Shown: positions 1-14,116, numbered from the stretch's first letter. The stretch is 43,157 bases of DNA from Candidatus Limadaptatus stercoravium (GCA_018710835.1 DVJC01000003.1:1-43157), one strand, 5' to 3'. The notes: generated by a model not told the origin, from the sequence alone. Numbers and translations are program-made.

Positions 1-20
1 CCCCAAATAAAGTTACGTTA

Positions 21-3219
<3,199 letters not shown>

Positions 3220-3933
3220 TCATTCTTCGGGGATGTAAAGTATGCGGCGGCAGTTGGGGCACTCCGCATAGTCGCCGGGATTCTTCAGCTTGCCGCGCGT
3301 GGCGCCGGACACTTCCATGAAGCATCTGCCGCAAGTGCCGCTCTCCGGCTTGTAGGGTACGAACGCCGGCGTCTTTTTCGCCGCGCGCAGGGATTTGTAC
3401 ACCGTCATGAACTCCGTCGGCACTTTGTCCTCAAGCGCCTTGAGTTTCGCCTTGAGTTCCGTGACGCGCGGCTGCACCTTCCCCGCGAACGCATTGTATG
3501 CCGCCGTCGCGTCCTTGTACGCGTCGGAAGCCTTTTTGCCCGCTTCCCACGTCTTTTTGTACTCCGCGCCGATGGCGTCTATGCGCTCGGCGTCCCTTGC
3601 CGCGTCCTTTTCGAGCGCGCTTATCGCGTCGGCGATGGACGAGATCTGACGGATGTAATAGTCCGCCTCGTTCACGTCCTCCACGCCTTCGAGGATACCG
3701 TCGAACTCGTCGAGTTTCGCCTTGAGCTCTTCCGCGCGCGCGGAAAGTTTATTGTAGCCCGCGAGCAGTTCCGCCGCCTCGTGCGACAGCTTGCCCACCG
3801 CAGCCGTCGCCGCCTCCAGCTTCGCCTTTGCGTTCACGAAAACGGCGCGCTCCTTGCTCTTTGCGACGTCGTTTTCGATGCCGAGCAGCTCGCGGTCAAT
3901 GTTCTGATACTCCAGTATTGTGTCGAATTTCAT
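3220..3933 (-). CDS. Coiled-coil protein with C-terminal C4 zinc ribbon (COG1579/DUF164-like, usual partner of Nif3)
   Basis: Long helical N-terminal part, then CGRC...CPNCRR zinc ribbon. ATGA start/stop overlap with the upstream nif3-like gene (3930-3933). Confidence 0.8.
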   Translation of the reverse strand: MKFDTILEYQNIDRELLGIENDVAKSKERAVFVNAKAKLEAATAAVGKLSHEAAELLAGYNKLSARAEELKAKLDEFDGILEGVEDVNEADYYIRQISSIADAISALEKDAARDAERIDAIGAEYKKTWEAGKKASDAYKDATAAYNAFAGKVQPRVTELKAKLKALEDKVPTEFMTVYKSLRAAKKTPAFVPYKPESGTCGRCFMEVSGATRGKLKNPGDYAECPNCRRILYIPEE

Positions 3934-4691
3934 AGTTCCTCCAAAGTTTTATAAGGACAGCTGCGATACGCTTCGACCACGTTCAATCCGCCGAATGCGG
4001 ACTTTATCATGCCTTTAAGTACGTCACAGCATATGATTTCGCTGTAATAGTGCGAGAACTCCACCACCGGAAATCCCGCCTCGCAGGACTCGGTGAACAC
4101 ATGGTGTTTCACCTCTCCCGTCACCAGCGCGTCAGCGCCGCTCATCGCCGCGGCAAGCCCCGCGTCGTCGCCGCCGGCGCCGGACACGACGTAGATTCGC
4201 GCGACCTTCGCGTCCGGACAGCTCACTTTTACGGTAGGATCGTCGAGTGCTCCCGCGACTTTCCGCGCAAGTTCCGCCGCCGTTTCCTCCGCTACGTCCG
4301 CGTAACAGCCGCAGCCGCAAAGCTCTGCGTTGCCGCCGCCGAATATCTCCGCCAGAGTGCGCGAAAGCCCTTCGTCCGCACTGTCGAGATTGGTGTGCGC
4401 GGAATAGACGGCGATCCCGTTGGCGAACAGAAATTCCGCCGTCCTGCCCTTCGCGGTGTCCGCCGTCAGGCTCCTGACCGGACGGAAGATGAAAGGATGA
4501 TGGCTGACGATGAGGTTGCAGCCCTCCTCCTTCGCCTGCTCCGCCGCGGCGAGAGTGCAGTCCAGACACACCAGCACGCCGGTGCACTCGCGCTCCGCGT
4601 CGCCCAGCATCATACCGGGGTTGTCCCACTCTTCGGCACGCTCTCTCGGCGCGCATCTTTCCACGGCTTCGGTCACTTGGCGTATCTTCAT
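3930..4691 (-). CDS. Nif3-family dinuclear metal-centre protein (YqfO/YbgI-like)
   Basis: N-terminal WDNPGMMLGD and NLIVSHHPFIFRP motifs typical of the NIF3 family. ATGA overlap with trmK (4688-4691). Conserved sigA-trmK-nif3 synteny. Confidence 0.85.
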   Translation of the reverse strand: MKIRQVTEAVERCAPRERAEEWDNPGMMLGDAERECTGVLVCLDCTLAAAEQAKEEGCNLIVSHHPFIFRPVRSLTADTAKGRTAEFLFANGIAVYSAHTNLDSADEGLSRTLAEIFGGGNAELCGCGCYADVAEETAAELARKVAGALDDPTVKVSCPDAKVARIYVVSGAGGDDAGLAAAMSGADALVTGEVKHHVFTESCEAGFPVVEFSHYYSEIICCDVLKGMIKSAFGGLNVVEAYRSCPYKTLEEL

Positions 4692-5355
4692 CTTTCACAC
4701 TCCTCCAGTGCTTCGCGCAGAGCCGCGGCGCGCTCCGCGAGTTTAAGCGCGGCGGGATTGCGAGCAAGCTCCGCCGCAAGAGCGTCCAGTTCCTTTTCCG
4801 CGGAGAGGACGAAGTCCTTGTCCGTGCGGAAAAATCTTCCGAATCTCAGCTCCGCCGCCGAGAGAGGCTCTCCCTCTCCCTCCTCTGTCACTATCACGGT
4901 ATACTTCTTCCCGGCGCACTCCGCGGAGAAGTCGCGTACTATCCTGTGTCCGACGTCCGCAACGACTCCTCTCACCCTTTCGGGGTGCGTGTTGGGCGAG
5001 AGCACGAAACGCGCGAATCTTTTGCCTTGCGCGTGCGCGCGCTCCAGTATCCCGGCGACGAGGTCGCCGCCCATACCGGCTATGACCACCGCGTCCGCTT
5101 CTCTGTCCGCCACGGGATCCAGTCCGTCGCCCGTGCGCGTTTCCACCAGATCGGCAAGTCCCAGCTCCTCCGCAAGACGCTCCGCCTTTTTCAGACTCGG
5201 CGCGCTGATGTCCGTGGCAACGGCTCTCTCCGCCCTGCCCGTCTGCACCAGCCAGCACGCGAGTTTGCCGTGGTCGCTCCCCACGTCGCACACAGTGCGC
5301 ACGCCCGCCGCCTGCTCCGCTATCGCGGTCAGCCGCTCGTCAAGGCGTATCGGCA

Positions 5356-5356
<1 letters not shown>
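4688..5356 (-). CDS. trmK: tRNA (adenine22-N1)-methyltransferase TrmK (YqfN-like)
   Basis: N-terminal RL..IA......V.DVGSDHG.L motif. Sits directly after sigA, as in Bacillus. Start ATG shares one base with the sigA stop. Confidence 0.8.
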
Positions 5357-6393
<1,037 letters not shown>

Positions 6394-6419
6394 TTTGCCT
6401 CCTGATAAGGTGCTGTTCT

Positions 6420-8180
6420 TCAGTTTTTCGCCTGCGGCTTTTTCATGAGCCGCTGTATCTCCCTGAGCACCGCGAGCTTCTCCCCGCGGTCCGTAAGTTC
6501 CTTATACTTCTCTTTGAGTTGTGCCACCTGCTCCGCGTCGTACGCTTCCGTGAGCCTTGCCACGCAGTCGGCGTAATACTTCCTCTCCGCCGCGGCCGAG
6601 GAAAACTCCCTTTCCGCATTCAGCACTTCGCCCGCTTCTCCGCCGTCTATCCCGTCCGCGTTGAACATATCTCCGCCGGCGGTCGCCTTCCCCGCGTTCT
6701 CTTTGAGAAAGCGCAGTATTTCCGCCTGTTCGGGCATGGGCATCCACTCCGCTTTCAGCTCCTCCGCGGAGGCGTATTCCGCTCCGTTGATCACCCTGTT
6801 CAGCACAAACCTTGCCGCGGCAACGGTCTTGCTCTCCTTCGCGCGCACCGTTTGCTCCGGCTCCCTCTCCGCCGCGGGAGCAGATCTGACGCCGGCGAGC
6901 GTTTCGCCGAGAGTAGTGACCGAAACGCCGCTTTTAGAGGACACAATGCCCAGATAAACCTCGCGTTCCGCAGCATTCTTCACTTCCGAGAGCATGCGCA
7001 GCGCCGCCTTGACGTACTTGGCGCGCCCGTTTGCGGACTCCAGTTCGCAGGCGTCCTCGCAGAGTTTGAGCTTATATTCGATGACGGGAAGCGCCGCCTC
7101 GAGCCTCTTCCTGAAGCCGTCCGCTCCTTCTTGCCTTATCGTGTCGTCGGGGTCCAGCCCCTCGGCAAGCGACACCACCCTGACGTCCAGTCCTTCGGCG
7201 AGCAGAGGCTCCACGTTGCGCACCGCCGCCTTACGCCCCGCGTCGTCGCCGTCGTAGCACACGAACACCGTGTCCGTGAGTTTCTTTATCTCCCTAGCCT
7301 GCTGCGGCGTGAGCGCCGTCCCCATGCCTGCCACCGCGTTGAGGAACCCTGCCGACGCAAGGGAAATGACGTCCATATAGCCCTCGACGAGGATGAGATT
7401 TTTGAAGCCGTTCCCGCGGCGCTTTTCGCGCTTGACGAAGTTGATGCCGTACACGCACCTACTCTTGTCGAAAAGGAGCGTGTTGGTGGAATTCTTGTAT
7501 TTTGCGACGTCCTTCTCTCCGCGGTATATCCTGCCGCCGAACGCGACGACGTCCCCCATGCCGTTCATGATGGGCACGATGATACGTCCGGCAAACGCGT
7601 CAGACAGCCGGTCGCCGACAGCAAGCCCGCAGTCGCGCAGATCCGCCGCGGCATAGCCTTTGCGCCTGAGATACGCCTGCATCTGGTCGTATCCGAGTGA
7701 CAGCCCCAGCCCGAATCGCGTGCATATCTCGTCAGTTATGCCGCGCCCGGCGAGATACCTCCTCGCCTCTTCGCCCTCCTGCTTCCTGACGAGATTGGAG
7801 TGGTAGTACCGCGCGGCGTCCTTCATGAGCGCCTTCAGCGTCTCCTGCCTGTCCTTCTTTTTCCTGTAATCCGCGTCCGCCTTGTACTCCGGCAGATCCA
7901 TACCGGCGCGGTCCGCGAGGAATTTGACGGCGTCGACGTAACCGAGCGACTCCATTTCCATGACGAAAGTGATCACGTCGCCGCTCGCGCCGCAACCGAA
8001 GCAATGGTAGAACTGCCCCTGCGGATTGACGTACATGGACGGATTCCTGTCGCTGTGGAAGGGGCACACACAGGCATATCTTGTTCCTTTTTTGACAAGC
8101 GGGACGTATTGCGAGATCACGCTGACGATATCGCACTTAAACTTCAGTTCTTCTATAAATCTGTCGTTGAACAGAGGCAC
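6420..8180 (-). CDS. dnaG: DNA primase
   Basis: Zinc finger [32 protein letters not shown] and [20 protein letters not shown] start at 8180. Immediately upstream of sigA. Confidence 0.95.
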   Translation of the reverse strand: MPLFNDRFIEELKFKCDIVSVISQYVPLVKKGTRYACVCPFHSDRNPSMYVNPQGQFYHCFGCGASGDVITFVMEMESLGYVDAVKFLADRAGMDLPEYKADADYRKKKDRQETLKALMKDAARYYHSNLVRKQEGEEARRYLAGRGITDEICTRFGLGLSLGYDQMQAYLRRKGYAAADLRDCGLAVGDRLSDAFAGRIIVPIMNGMGDVVAFGGRIYRGEKDVAKYKNSTNTLLFDKSRCVYGINFVKREKRRGNGFKNLILVEGYMDVISLASAGFLNAVAGMGTALTPQQAREIKKLTDTVFVCYDGDDAGRKAAVRNVEPLLAEGLDVRVVSLAEGLDPDDTIRQEGADGFRKRLEAALPVIEYKLKLCEDACELESANGRAKYVKAALRMLSEVKNAAEREVYLGIVSSKSGVSVTTLGETLAGVRSAPAAEREPEQTVRAKESKTVAAARFVLNRVINGAEYASAEELKAEWMPMPEQAEILRFLKENAGKATAGGDMFNADGIDGGEAGEVLNAEREFSSAAAERKYYADCVARLTEAYDAEQVAQLKEKYKELTDRGEKLAVLREIQRLMKKPQAKN

Positions 8181-8345
8181 TTGTCCCGTTTCTCCGGCGC
8201 GGCGCAGCGTAAAACGCGCGCGCGGCGCAGTGTTTAATAATTTTATTTCTGTATAAATATACGGATTGTTATGCGCGGATTCCTAAAATTTGCGCGCAAA
8301 ATTTTTCGTTTTTCGGAAAAAATAACGTCTGAACCTTTTTTGCGG

Positions 8346-8711
8346 TCAGTTCTCCGCGAATTTCTTGATGATCTCGAACATTTCGGGCGAGATGATGTGC
8401 TCTATCCTGCACGCGTCGTTCTCGGCAAGTTCGCGCCCGGCGCCCAGCTTCATGAGCGCGGCGGTGAGCACGCGGTGGCGTTCGTAGACGGACTCCGCCT
8501 TCCGAAGTCCCTCTTCTGTGAACTCGATGTCCCCCGTCAGGTGCGAGATCTCGATATATCCGCGCTTCTGCAGCAGATTGACGCCGCGCGAAACGCTGGA
8601 CTTGGCATACCCCAGCTCCTCCACCACGTCCACGGAACGCACCGTCCCGCGGCTTTTTTTGAGGAGATATATGGTTTCGAGATACATTTCTTCGGATTCG
8701 TGTGTTCGCAT
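8346..8711 (-). CDS. DtxR/MntR-family metal-dependent transcriptional repressor (121 aa, no SH3-like C-domain)
   Basis: N-terminal EMYLETIYLL...VRSVDVVEELGYAKSSVSRGVNLLQKRGYI winged-HTH typical of DtxR/MntR. GGAGG SD before the ATG at 8711. Confidence 0.8.
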   Translation of the reverse strand: MRTHESEEMYLETIYLLKKSRGTVRSVDVVEELGYAKSSVSRGVNLLQKRGYIEISHLTGDIEFTEEGLRKAESVYERHRVLTAALMKLGAGRELAENDACRIEHIISPEMFEIIKKFAEN

Positions 8712-8726
8712 ACTGCCTCCGTACTC

Positions 8727-8755
8727 ATTATAGCCGTTCTGCCGACGTGTGTAAA
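8727..8755 (-). promoter_or_regulatory. Sigma-A type promoter for the DtxR/MntR-like gene
   Basis: Minus strand reads TTTACA-17 nt-TATAAT (-35 at 8750-8755, -10 at 8727-8732), 15 nt upstream of the SD/ATG. Confidence 0.6.
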
Positions 8756-8970
8756 GAACTTTTGTTGCACACGGCTAACATAGCGCCGCGCCGCATACTT
8801 TGGGCAAGATCCGCTCCGGAGACGGACAAGCCGTCCTCATACCGCAGCGGGCCTGCGGCATAACTTCCCGCCAGGCGGCGGTATCGGCTGCGTTTTGACC
8901 TTTTGCCGCGGCAGCGCCGTCCGTCCTCCCTCACTGCAGAAGGAGCCCGACGCCCTTCTCAAATGCCGTT

Positions 8971-9576
8971 TCAGCCCTCTTTCACGCCGACGACGATATA
9001 ACTCTCCGGCGAGATATTCCTCTTCTCCGTCACGGCGAACCCCGTCCGCCGGAGGATCTCCGCCGCGGAATTCGCGTCGTACGTCGCGTACTCTCCCGCC
9101 TCCGGCTCGCCGTAACCGTGCTTGTCCACATCGGAGAGCACATACACTCCGCCGCACCGCAGTACGCGGTACGCTTCCGCGACGGCTTCGTACGGATAGG
9201 GATAATGATGAAAGCTCATTGTACACGTCACGGCGTCGAAACCTCCGTCGGGATAAGGCAATCTGTTCGCGCCGCCCTCCGTGAGCGTAACGTTCCGCAC
9301 CGCCGCGAGTTTCTTCCGCGCCTGTTCGAGCATTTTCGGAGAAATGTCCAGCCCGTAAAACTGCGCGTCCTTTCTCTCCGCTGCGAGGACGGAGATGAGA
9401 TAACCGCTGCCGCAGCCCACGTCCAGAAGGCTGCCGAAACCGATCCTTCCAAGGATCGCCGCCGCCTCGTCCGAAGCCGCCTTGGGGAGGCGGGAATAAT
9501 AGGTCCCGTCCGTCGCGGCGTAGTTCTCCGCCATTGAATCGAAGTGCTCGCGCGACAACTTTTCGTAGTCGGTCAT
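8971..9576 (-). CDS. Class I SAM-dependent methyltransferase (Methyltransf_11-like, 201 aa)
   Basis: Motif I LLDVGCGSGYL. Start trimmed to the ATG at 9576 (MTDYEKL), which has a GGAG SD. The longer track ORF adds a non-protein-like Arg-rich extension. Confidence 0.8.
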   Translation of the reverse strand: MTDYEKLSREHFDSMAENYAATDGTYYSRLPKAASDEAAAILGRIGFGSLLDVGCGSGYLISVLAAERKDAQFYGLDISPKMLEQARKKLAAVRNVTLTEGGANRLPYPDGGFDAVTCTMSFHHYPYPYEAVAEAYRVLRCGGVYVLSDVDKHGYGEPEAGEYATYDANSAAEILRRTGFAVTEKRNISPESYIVVGVKEG

Positions 9577-9638
9577 GTCTTTCTCCGCAGCGGCATATCT
9601 TCGCCGCAAAACGCACAAAACAGCGTTTTATACGCGAA

Positions 9639-9659
9639 AACGGCGCATTAAACGCCGTT
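9639..9659 (-). terminator. Candidate intrinsic terminator after recR
   Basis: Minus strand AACGGCG-7 nt loop-CGCCGUU followed by UU. A second hairpin, AAAACGC...GCGUUUU, follows at 9609-9630. Confidence 0.4.
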
Positions 9660-9670
9660 TGCGTCAGTAT

Positions 9671-10255
9671 TTACAGTTCTATCCTGCTGGACAGGGCACG
9701 GGAGAGCGTGCCCTCGTCGGCATATTCTATCACGCTGCCCTCGGGGAGTCCGCGCGCTATCCTCGTCACCTTTATGCCGAGCGGTTTGATGAGCCGCGCG
9801 ATATACATTGCGGTCGCCTCTCCCTCCACGTCGGGATTGGTGGCGAGTATGACTTCCTGCACGCCGTCAAGCCGCGCGAGCAGCTCCTTGATGCGGATGT
9901 CGTCCGGACCTACCCTGTCGAGTGGGGAGATCACGCCGTGCAGGACGTGGTACACTCCTTCGTAACCTTTCACCTTTTCGAGCGCGGTCACATCCTTAGG
10001 CTCTTTTACGACGCATATCGTAGTCGGTTTGCGCGTAGCGCAGATGTCGCATATTTCATGCTCGGTGAAATTGCCGCAAATCTTGCAGAAATGCACGTTC
10101 TCGCGCACGTTTTTTATGGCTTCCACGAGCGCGTTGACGTCCTCTTCGGGCGCTTCCATGAGAGCGTAGGCGTACCTCGCCGCCGTCTTTTCGCCGACGG
10201 AAGGAAGTTTGCCCAGCTCCGCTATGAGCTTTGCTATCGGTTCGATGTATCTCAT
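9671..10255 (-). CDS. recR: Recombination protein RecR
   Basis: C4 zinc finger [16 protein letters not shown] and a Toprim region. Conserved dnaX-ybaB-recR order. Confidence 0.95.
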   Translation of the reverse strand: MRYIEPIAKLIAELGKLPSVGEKTAARYAYALMEAPEEDVNALVEAIKNVRENVHFCKICGNFTEHEICDICATRKPTTICVVKEPKDVTALEKVKGYEGVYHVLHGVISPLDRVGPDDIRIKELLARLDGVQEVILATNPDVEGEATAMYIARLIKPLGIKVTRIARGLPEGSVIEYADEGTLSRALSSRIEL

Positions 10256-10285
10256 TTGTTTTGTCCGGGCGCTTTCGGCGCGGTA

Positions 10286-10600
10286 TTAAAACAGCCCTCC
10301 GCCCAGCGGTCCCATGAGCTCCTGCGACTTCGCTTCCGCCTGTTCCATGGCGTCGTTGAGCGCCGCAAGCACGAGATCTTCGAGCATTTCCACGTCGTCG
10401 GGATCGACCGCCTCGGGCTTGATGCTCACCGACACGGGAGTCTTGTTGCCCTTGAGCGTCACCTCTACCATGCCGCCGCCGGACTTGCCGACTACCTCCG
10501 CCTCCGCGAGTTCCGCCTGCGCCTGCTGCAGTTTTTTCTGCATCATCTGCGCCTGTTTCATGATCTGCTGCATATTTCCGCCGTATCCGCCGTATGCCAT
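10286..10600 (-). CDS. ybaB: Nucleoid-associated protein YbaB/EbfC
   Basis: 104 aa with the N-terminal [19 protein letters not shown] helix and the [12 protein letters not shown] motif. GGAGG SD. Confidence 0.9.
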   Translation of the reverse strand: MAYGGYGGNMQQIMKQAQMMQKKLQQAQAELAEAEVVGKSGGGMVEVTLKGNKTPVSVSIKPEAVDPDDVEMLEDLVLAALNDAMEQAEAKSQELMGPLGGGLF

Positions 10601-10618
10601 TACTGCCTCCGTCTACAT

Positions 10619-10648
10619 ATTTTATGCGCCGCGTCCCGTAATGTGCAA
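10619..10648 (-). promoter_or_regulatory. Possible internal promoter for ybaB-recR
   Basis: Minus strand TTGCAC-18 nt-TAAAAT, located 12 nt upstream of the ybaB SD. Confidence 0.35.
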
Positions 10649-10773
10649 AAACGCCGAAACGCGGGTTTATTTGTCGTTTTTGAGTGTTCAACAGCCGCTT
10701 CCGCGCGCTGCCCCGACACTCCGTTACCTCTCGCGGACGCCGCCGCGTCGCCGCCGTTCGTTCTCCGGCACGG

Positions 10774-12285
10774 TCATTTTATCTCCAGACTGTCGCCGAA
10801 CATACCCGTAAGGTAAGGTATCACTTTGTTCTCGTCGATCTGCCTCGACTCCTCGACCGTCAGCCGTTTGGAACAAAACGCCGCCACGGTTTCGGACAGT
10901 ACGCGCCTGTTTTCGGGGTCGGAAAGTATCCGTATCGCGGACTCCGACGACACTTTCAGCACAAGCTCCTCTCCGCGCTCCTCGCGCCTTGCCTCGGACG
11001 CGGCAAGCGCGAGCATGCCGTATCCCTTGCGGTCGAGTTCGGACGCCACCTTCTCCCACACCTGCCCGGCGCCCTTTTCGGCAGGTGCGCTCTTAAAACC
11101 CTGCTTCGGCAAAGCGTTTATCCGCTTGTTGAGCAACGCTATCTTCTGCTCCAGCTCCCGTATGCTTCCGGCTCCCGCGCCTCCGGCGGCGCCGGTCTGC
11201 GCGTCGGTGGCGGCAGCTATCACCGCCGCTTCGAGCAGTATGCGGTGCTGCGTGCTGTAACGGAACTCGCCTTCCATCTCCGTCATGCGGCGCATGGCGG
11301 AGAGAAGCCGCGCGGAATCGTAGCGTGACGCAAGCCCTTTCAGGGCTTCGTAAAGCTCTGCGGGTAGCGCGAGAAGCTCCGCAGCGTCGCCGCAGTTCTT
11401 CACATACAGCGTGTTGCGGAACAGCGTCGCAAGATCGCCGGCAAGCACCGCCATGCTCTTGCCCATGTCGCACATTTTGGCTATCTTGTGCAGCGCGCCG
11501 TTCACCCTGCCCGCGAGAATGTCATCCGCGAGTTCCACCAGTTTGACGGGATCGGAGGTGCCAAGGACTTCAAGCACTCCTTCGTAGGTGATGTCGCCCG
11601 AACAGTAACTCACGCACATATCCGCGATGGAAAGCGCGTCGCGCACGCTTCCCTGTCCCGCGGAGGCTATCATGCGGACAGCCTGTTCGGTGTACCTGAC
11701 GTTGTTGTCGTCAAAGACGAATTTGAGCCTGTCGGCGAGCTTATTCACGGGAATGAGGCGGAAATCGAACCTCATGCAGCGCGAAAGTATCGTCGCCGGT
11801 ATGGAATGCACTTCCGTGGTGGCGAGAATGAATATGGCATGTTCGGGCGGCTCTTCGAGCGTCTTGAGAAGCGCGTTGTGCGCACTCTTCGAGAGCATAT
11901 GCACTTCGTCGATGATGTAGACTTTATATTTCCCCGCCGTGGGAGGGAAATTGATCTTGTCCGTAAGTTCCCTGATCTGATCGACGGAGTTGTTGGACGC
12001 CGCGTCTATCTCCAGCACGTCGAAATTGCCCGAAAGGGCGAGCTCCATACACACTTCGCACTTGCCGCAGGGAGATCCGTCCTCGGGGTGCAGACAGTTG
12101 ACGGCGCGCGCGAATATCTTCGCGATCGAAGTTTTGCCCGTGCCGCGCGTCCCCGTGAAAAGGTAAGCGTGCCCGATGTTGCCGGACTTGATCTGGTTGA
12201 CAAGCGTCCTGACGATATGTTCCTGACCGACTACGTCGCGGAAGGTGTCGGGACGGTATCTGCGGTAAAGCGAAGTGTAAGCCAT
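10774..12285 (-). CDS. dnaX: DNA polymerase III subunit gamma/tau
   Basis: Canonical N-terminus MAYTSLYRRYRPDTFRDVVGQEHI, Walker A GTRGTGKTS, zinc module CLHPEDGSPCGKCEVC. Start set at the ATG at 12285, where homologues begin. The 27-codon upstream extension in the track overlaps the promoter. Confidence 0.9.
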   Translation of the reverse strand: MAYTSLYRRYRPDTFRDVVGQEHIVRTLVNQIKSGNIGHAYLFTGTRGTGKTSIAKIFARAVNCLHPEDGSPCGKCEVCMELALSGNFDVLEIDAASNNSVDQIRELTDKINFPPTAGKYKVYIIDEVHMLSKSAHNALLKTLEEPPEHAIFILATTEVHSIPATILSRCMRFDFRLIPVNKLADRLKFVFDDNNVRYTEQAVRMIASAGQGSVRDALSIADMCVSYCSGDITYEGVLEVLGTSDPVKLVELADDILAGRVNGALHKIAKMCDMGKSMAVLAGDLATLFRNTLYVKNCGDAAELLALPAELYEALKGLASRYDSARLLSAMRRMTEMEGEFRYSTQHRILLEAAVIAAATDAQTGAAGGAGAGSIRELEQKIALLNKRINALPKQGFKSAPAEKGAGQVWEKVASELDRKGYGMLALAASEARREERGEELVLKVSSESAIRILSDPENRRVLSETVAAFCSKRLTVEESRQIDENKVIPYLTGMFGDSLEIK

Positions 12286-12292
12286 GGAAAAG

Positions 12293-12321
12293 ATTATAAA
12301 CGAAAAGGCGGCGTTTTGCAA
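12293..12321 (-). promoter_or_regulatory. Sigma-A type promoter abutting the dnaX start codon (implies a leaderless or near-leaderless mRNA)
   Basis: Minus strand TTGCAA-17 nt-TATAAT. The -10 ends 7 nt before the ATG at 12285, and there is no SD in between. Confidence 0.55.
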
Positions 12322-12632
12322 GACGTTTGCGCACACGGGCGCGCACAAAATACGCGGCTGAAACAACGGAGTCCGGAGAGCGGAGCGGCGGTAGCGGAAG
12401 CGAATGCCGCCGGAAAACGCCGGATTTGCGACAATATCGCACGATAAGTGTTTCGCAACGCCGCCGTCAGACGAAGAGCATTAAGAATGTGCAGTGAAAT
12501 TACACTTTTCGTGTATTACCTCATTCGCCCTCTTCGCCGTCATATACGAATCGTGTTTTGCGACCTTACGGGAGTAATGTACCGGCGGAGCAATAGTGCA
12601 AATGCAGCCTTACGCCGAAGCGCCGCGCCCCG

Positions 12633-13370
12633 TCAGCCCGCGAGCACGCCGTAGAGCGCTTCGCGGCAGAGAACGAGCTGCACGCACTGGTAGCGAAGCG
12701 AGGATACCGCCGCAGCGCTGCCGTACATGTCGGACAACGCGACGTTGTCTATGAGAGCGAGCGCGGTCACGAGAGCGAGTTTCAGTTCGGTACAGCGCGC
12801 GTCGTCCGATCCGGCTGAAGCGTCGGAAAAATCCGAACACATTTCCTCCACCCGCGCACGGCACACCGCAACGCGCGTCCGCGCGTCGGCGACGGTCAGC
12901 GAATCCGCCGCAATCCCGTTCGCCGTTTCGTACAGGCAGTCAAATACGATGTCATAGTAGCCGAGCGCGCTTTCCGCCGCTCCTCTCATGTCTTTCGGCG
13001 CCCAGTCGACGGGGATCTCCCCGACCGTCACTTCCTTGATATACGCGCCCGTGCCCGCCGAGCCGCCGTCCAGCACGCTCTGCGCGTCGTCGTACGAAGC
13101 GTATGCCGACAGCACCACTTCGGAAACGTCGCCTACGATCACATATCCGGCGCCGCCGCGCGACTTTGCAAGCTCCGCCGCATTGCGCGCAAGAGTCACG
13201 TTCTCATATGAACCGCCGCACAACAGATAACACTTCACTTCGCCTTCACTTTGGTTAAATGCAAGCAGAAATCCCTCGCCGCCGAGGAAGTAGCAAAGAC
13301 CGAGTGTGAGCATAAAGCAAAGCGCGACCGCCGCAACCGCCAGCGCGTTCTGCCTGTCGGACTTCTTCAT
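12633..13370 (-). CDS. Hypothetical membrane-anchored protein (245 aa), possible SPOR-like domain
   Basis: N-terminal TM helix ALAVAAVALCFMLTLGLCYFL. The segment YLLCGGSYENVTLARNAAELAKSRGGAGYVIV...LSAYASYDDAQSVL resembles a SPOR fold pattern. No clear SD. Function is not assignable. Confidence 0.55.
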   Translation of the reverse strand: MKKSDRQNALAVAAVALCFMLTLGLCYFLGGEGFLLAFNQSEGEVKCYLLCGGSYENVTLARNAAELAKSRGGAGYVIVGDVSEVVLSAYASYDDAQSVLDGGSAGTGAYIKEVTVGEIPVDWAPKDMRGAAESALGYYDIVFDCLYETANGIAADSLTVADARTRVAVCRARVEEMCSDFSDASAGSDDARCTELKLALVTALALIDNVALSDMYGSAAAVSSLRYQCVQLVLCREALYGVLAG

Positions 13371-13559
13371 ACGACAGGATATGCCGCGCGGCGGCTTTCT
13401 ATTAACATAAGCAGCCGCGGCCGCTCTTTTTAATGCTTAATTTAAGTTAATTTTGTGCAGACAGCCGAATACGGCTCCGGACGGACCGGCTGCCGCTTGA
13501 AACGCACCCGGTGCCGGAAACGGACCGCAGATTGAGTAAACCGCGCAGACAATATTAAA

Positions 13560-13584
13560 TCGCGCGCGCTTCGTGCGCGCGCGA
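13560..13584 (-). terminator. Intrinsic terminator after the dCMP deaminase gene
   Basis: Minus strand UCGCGCGCGC-ACGAA-GCGCGCGCGA (10 bp GC stem) followed by UUUAAUAUU. Confidence 0.6.
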
Positions 13585-13600
13585 AAAACGTGCGACGAAG

Positions 13601-14050
13601 TCATTCTTCGTAATGTTCAACGGTGATGCCTGCCTCGGCGAGCAAATGCTGGGCGAATTCGTCGGGATAAGGATATTTGTAGACGATGCGCGTTATGCCG
13701 GAATTTATTATCATCTTGGTGCATATCGTGCAGGGCTGGTGCGTGCAGTAAAGCGTCGCGCCGTCCACCGAAACGCCGAGTTTCGCCGCCTGGATTATGG
13801 CGTTCTGTTCCGCATGCACGGCGTAACACATTTCGTGGCGCGTACCGCTGGGAATGCCGAGTTTGTCACGCATACATTCGCCCTTGTCGCGGCAATTGAG
13901 AATGCCTGACGGCGCACCGTTGTAACCGGTCGTGAGAATGCGCTTGTTCTTGGTGATGATCGCGCCGACCGCGCGTCCCTGTCTTGCGCAGCTCGTCCAC
14001 GTGGCGACCAGCTCGCACATATCCATAAACCGTTTATCCCACTTGTCCAT
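13601..14050 (-). CDS. comEB: dCMP deaminase (ComEB-type cytidine/deoxycytidylate deaminase)
   Basis: Zinc-binding motifs HAEQNAI and CTHQPCTICTKMI. 149 aa. GGAGGG SD. Confidence 0.85.
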   Translation of the reverse strand: MDKWDKRFMDMCELVATWTSCARQGRAVGAIITKNKRILTTGYNGAPSGILNCRDKGECMRDKLGIPSGTRHEMCYAVHAEQNAIIQAAKLGVSVDGATLYCTHQPCTICTKMIINSGITRIVYKYPYPDEFAQHLLAEAGITVEHYEE

Positions 14051-14087
14051 AGTTCCCTCCGAACTTTATCCGTATCATTACTTTATC

Positions 14088-14116
14088 ATCATATCACACC
14101 GCGCGGCTGTGAACAA
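14088..14116 (-). promoter_or_regulatory. Candidate promoter for comEB
   Basis: Minus strand TTGTTC-17 nt-TATGAT with a TG extended -10. Confidence 0.45.

Noticed and set aside
8285-8306. Palindrome AAAATTTGCGCGCAAAATTTTT as a DtxR/MntR operator
   Set aside because: It lies downstream of the regulator gene and upstream of dnaG. It is an imperfect palindrome with a tiny GC core, so it is more likely a weak terminator or AT-rich spacer. It has no resemblance to the DtxR/MntR boxes I can recall.
8837-9616. 259-aa alternative-frame ORF overlapping the methyltransferase gene
   Set aside because: Arg-rich out-of-frame translation. The 8971-9576 frame carries the SAM-binding motif LLDVGCGSGYL.
10774-12285. 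Programmed -1 frameshift site in dnaX (gamma/tau as in E. coli)
   Set aside because: I saw no A-AAA-AAG-type slippery heptamer (T7/A7 run) within the gene, and the short C-terminal region fits a single product.
12322-12632. SRP RNA (scr/ffs) expected upstream of dnaX
   Set aside because: A short resemblance on the plus strand (GTCCGGAGAGCGGAGC, GGTAGCGG) caught my eye. However, the invariant domain IV hairpin (GGAA tetraloop with flanking AGCAGC/GCAGG elements) is absent on both strands and the orientation would be wrong. I kept it only as a low-interest structured spacer pending a cmsearch.
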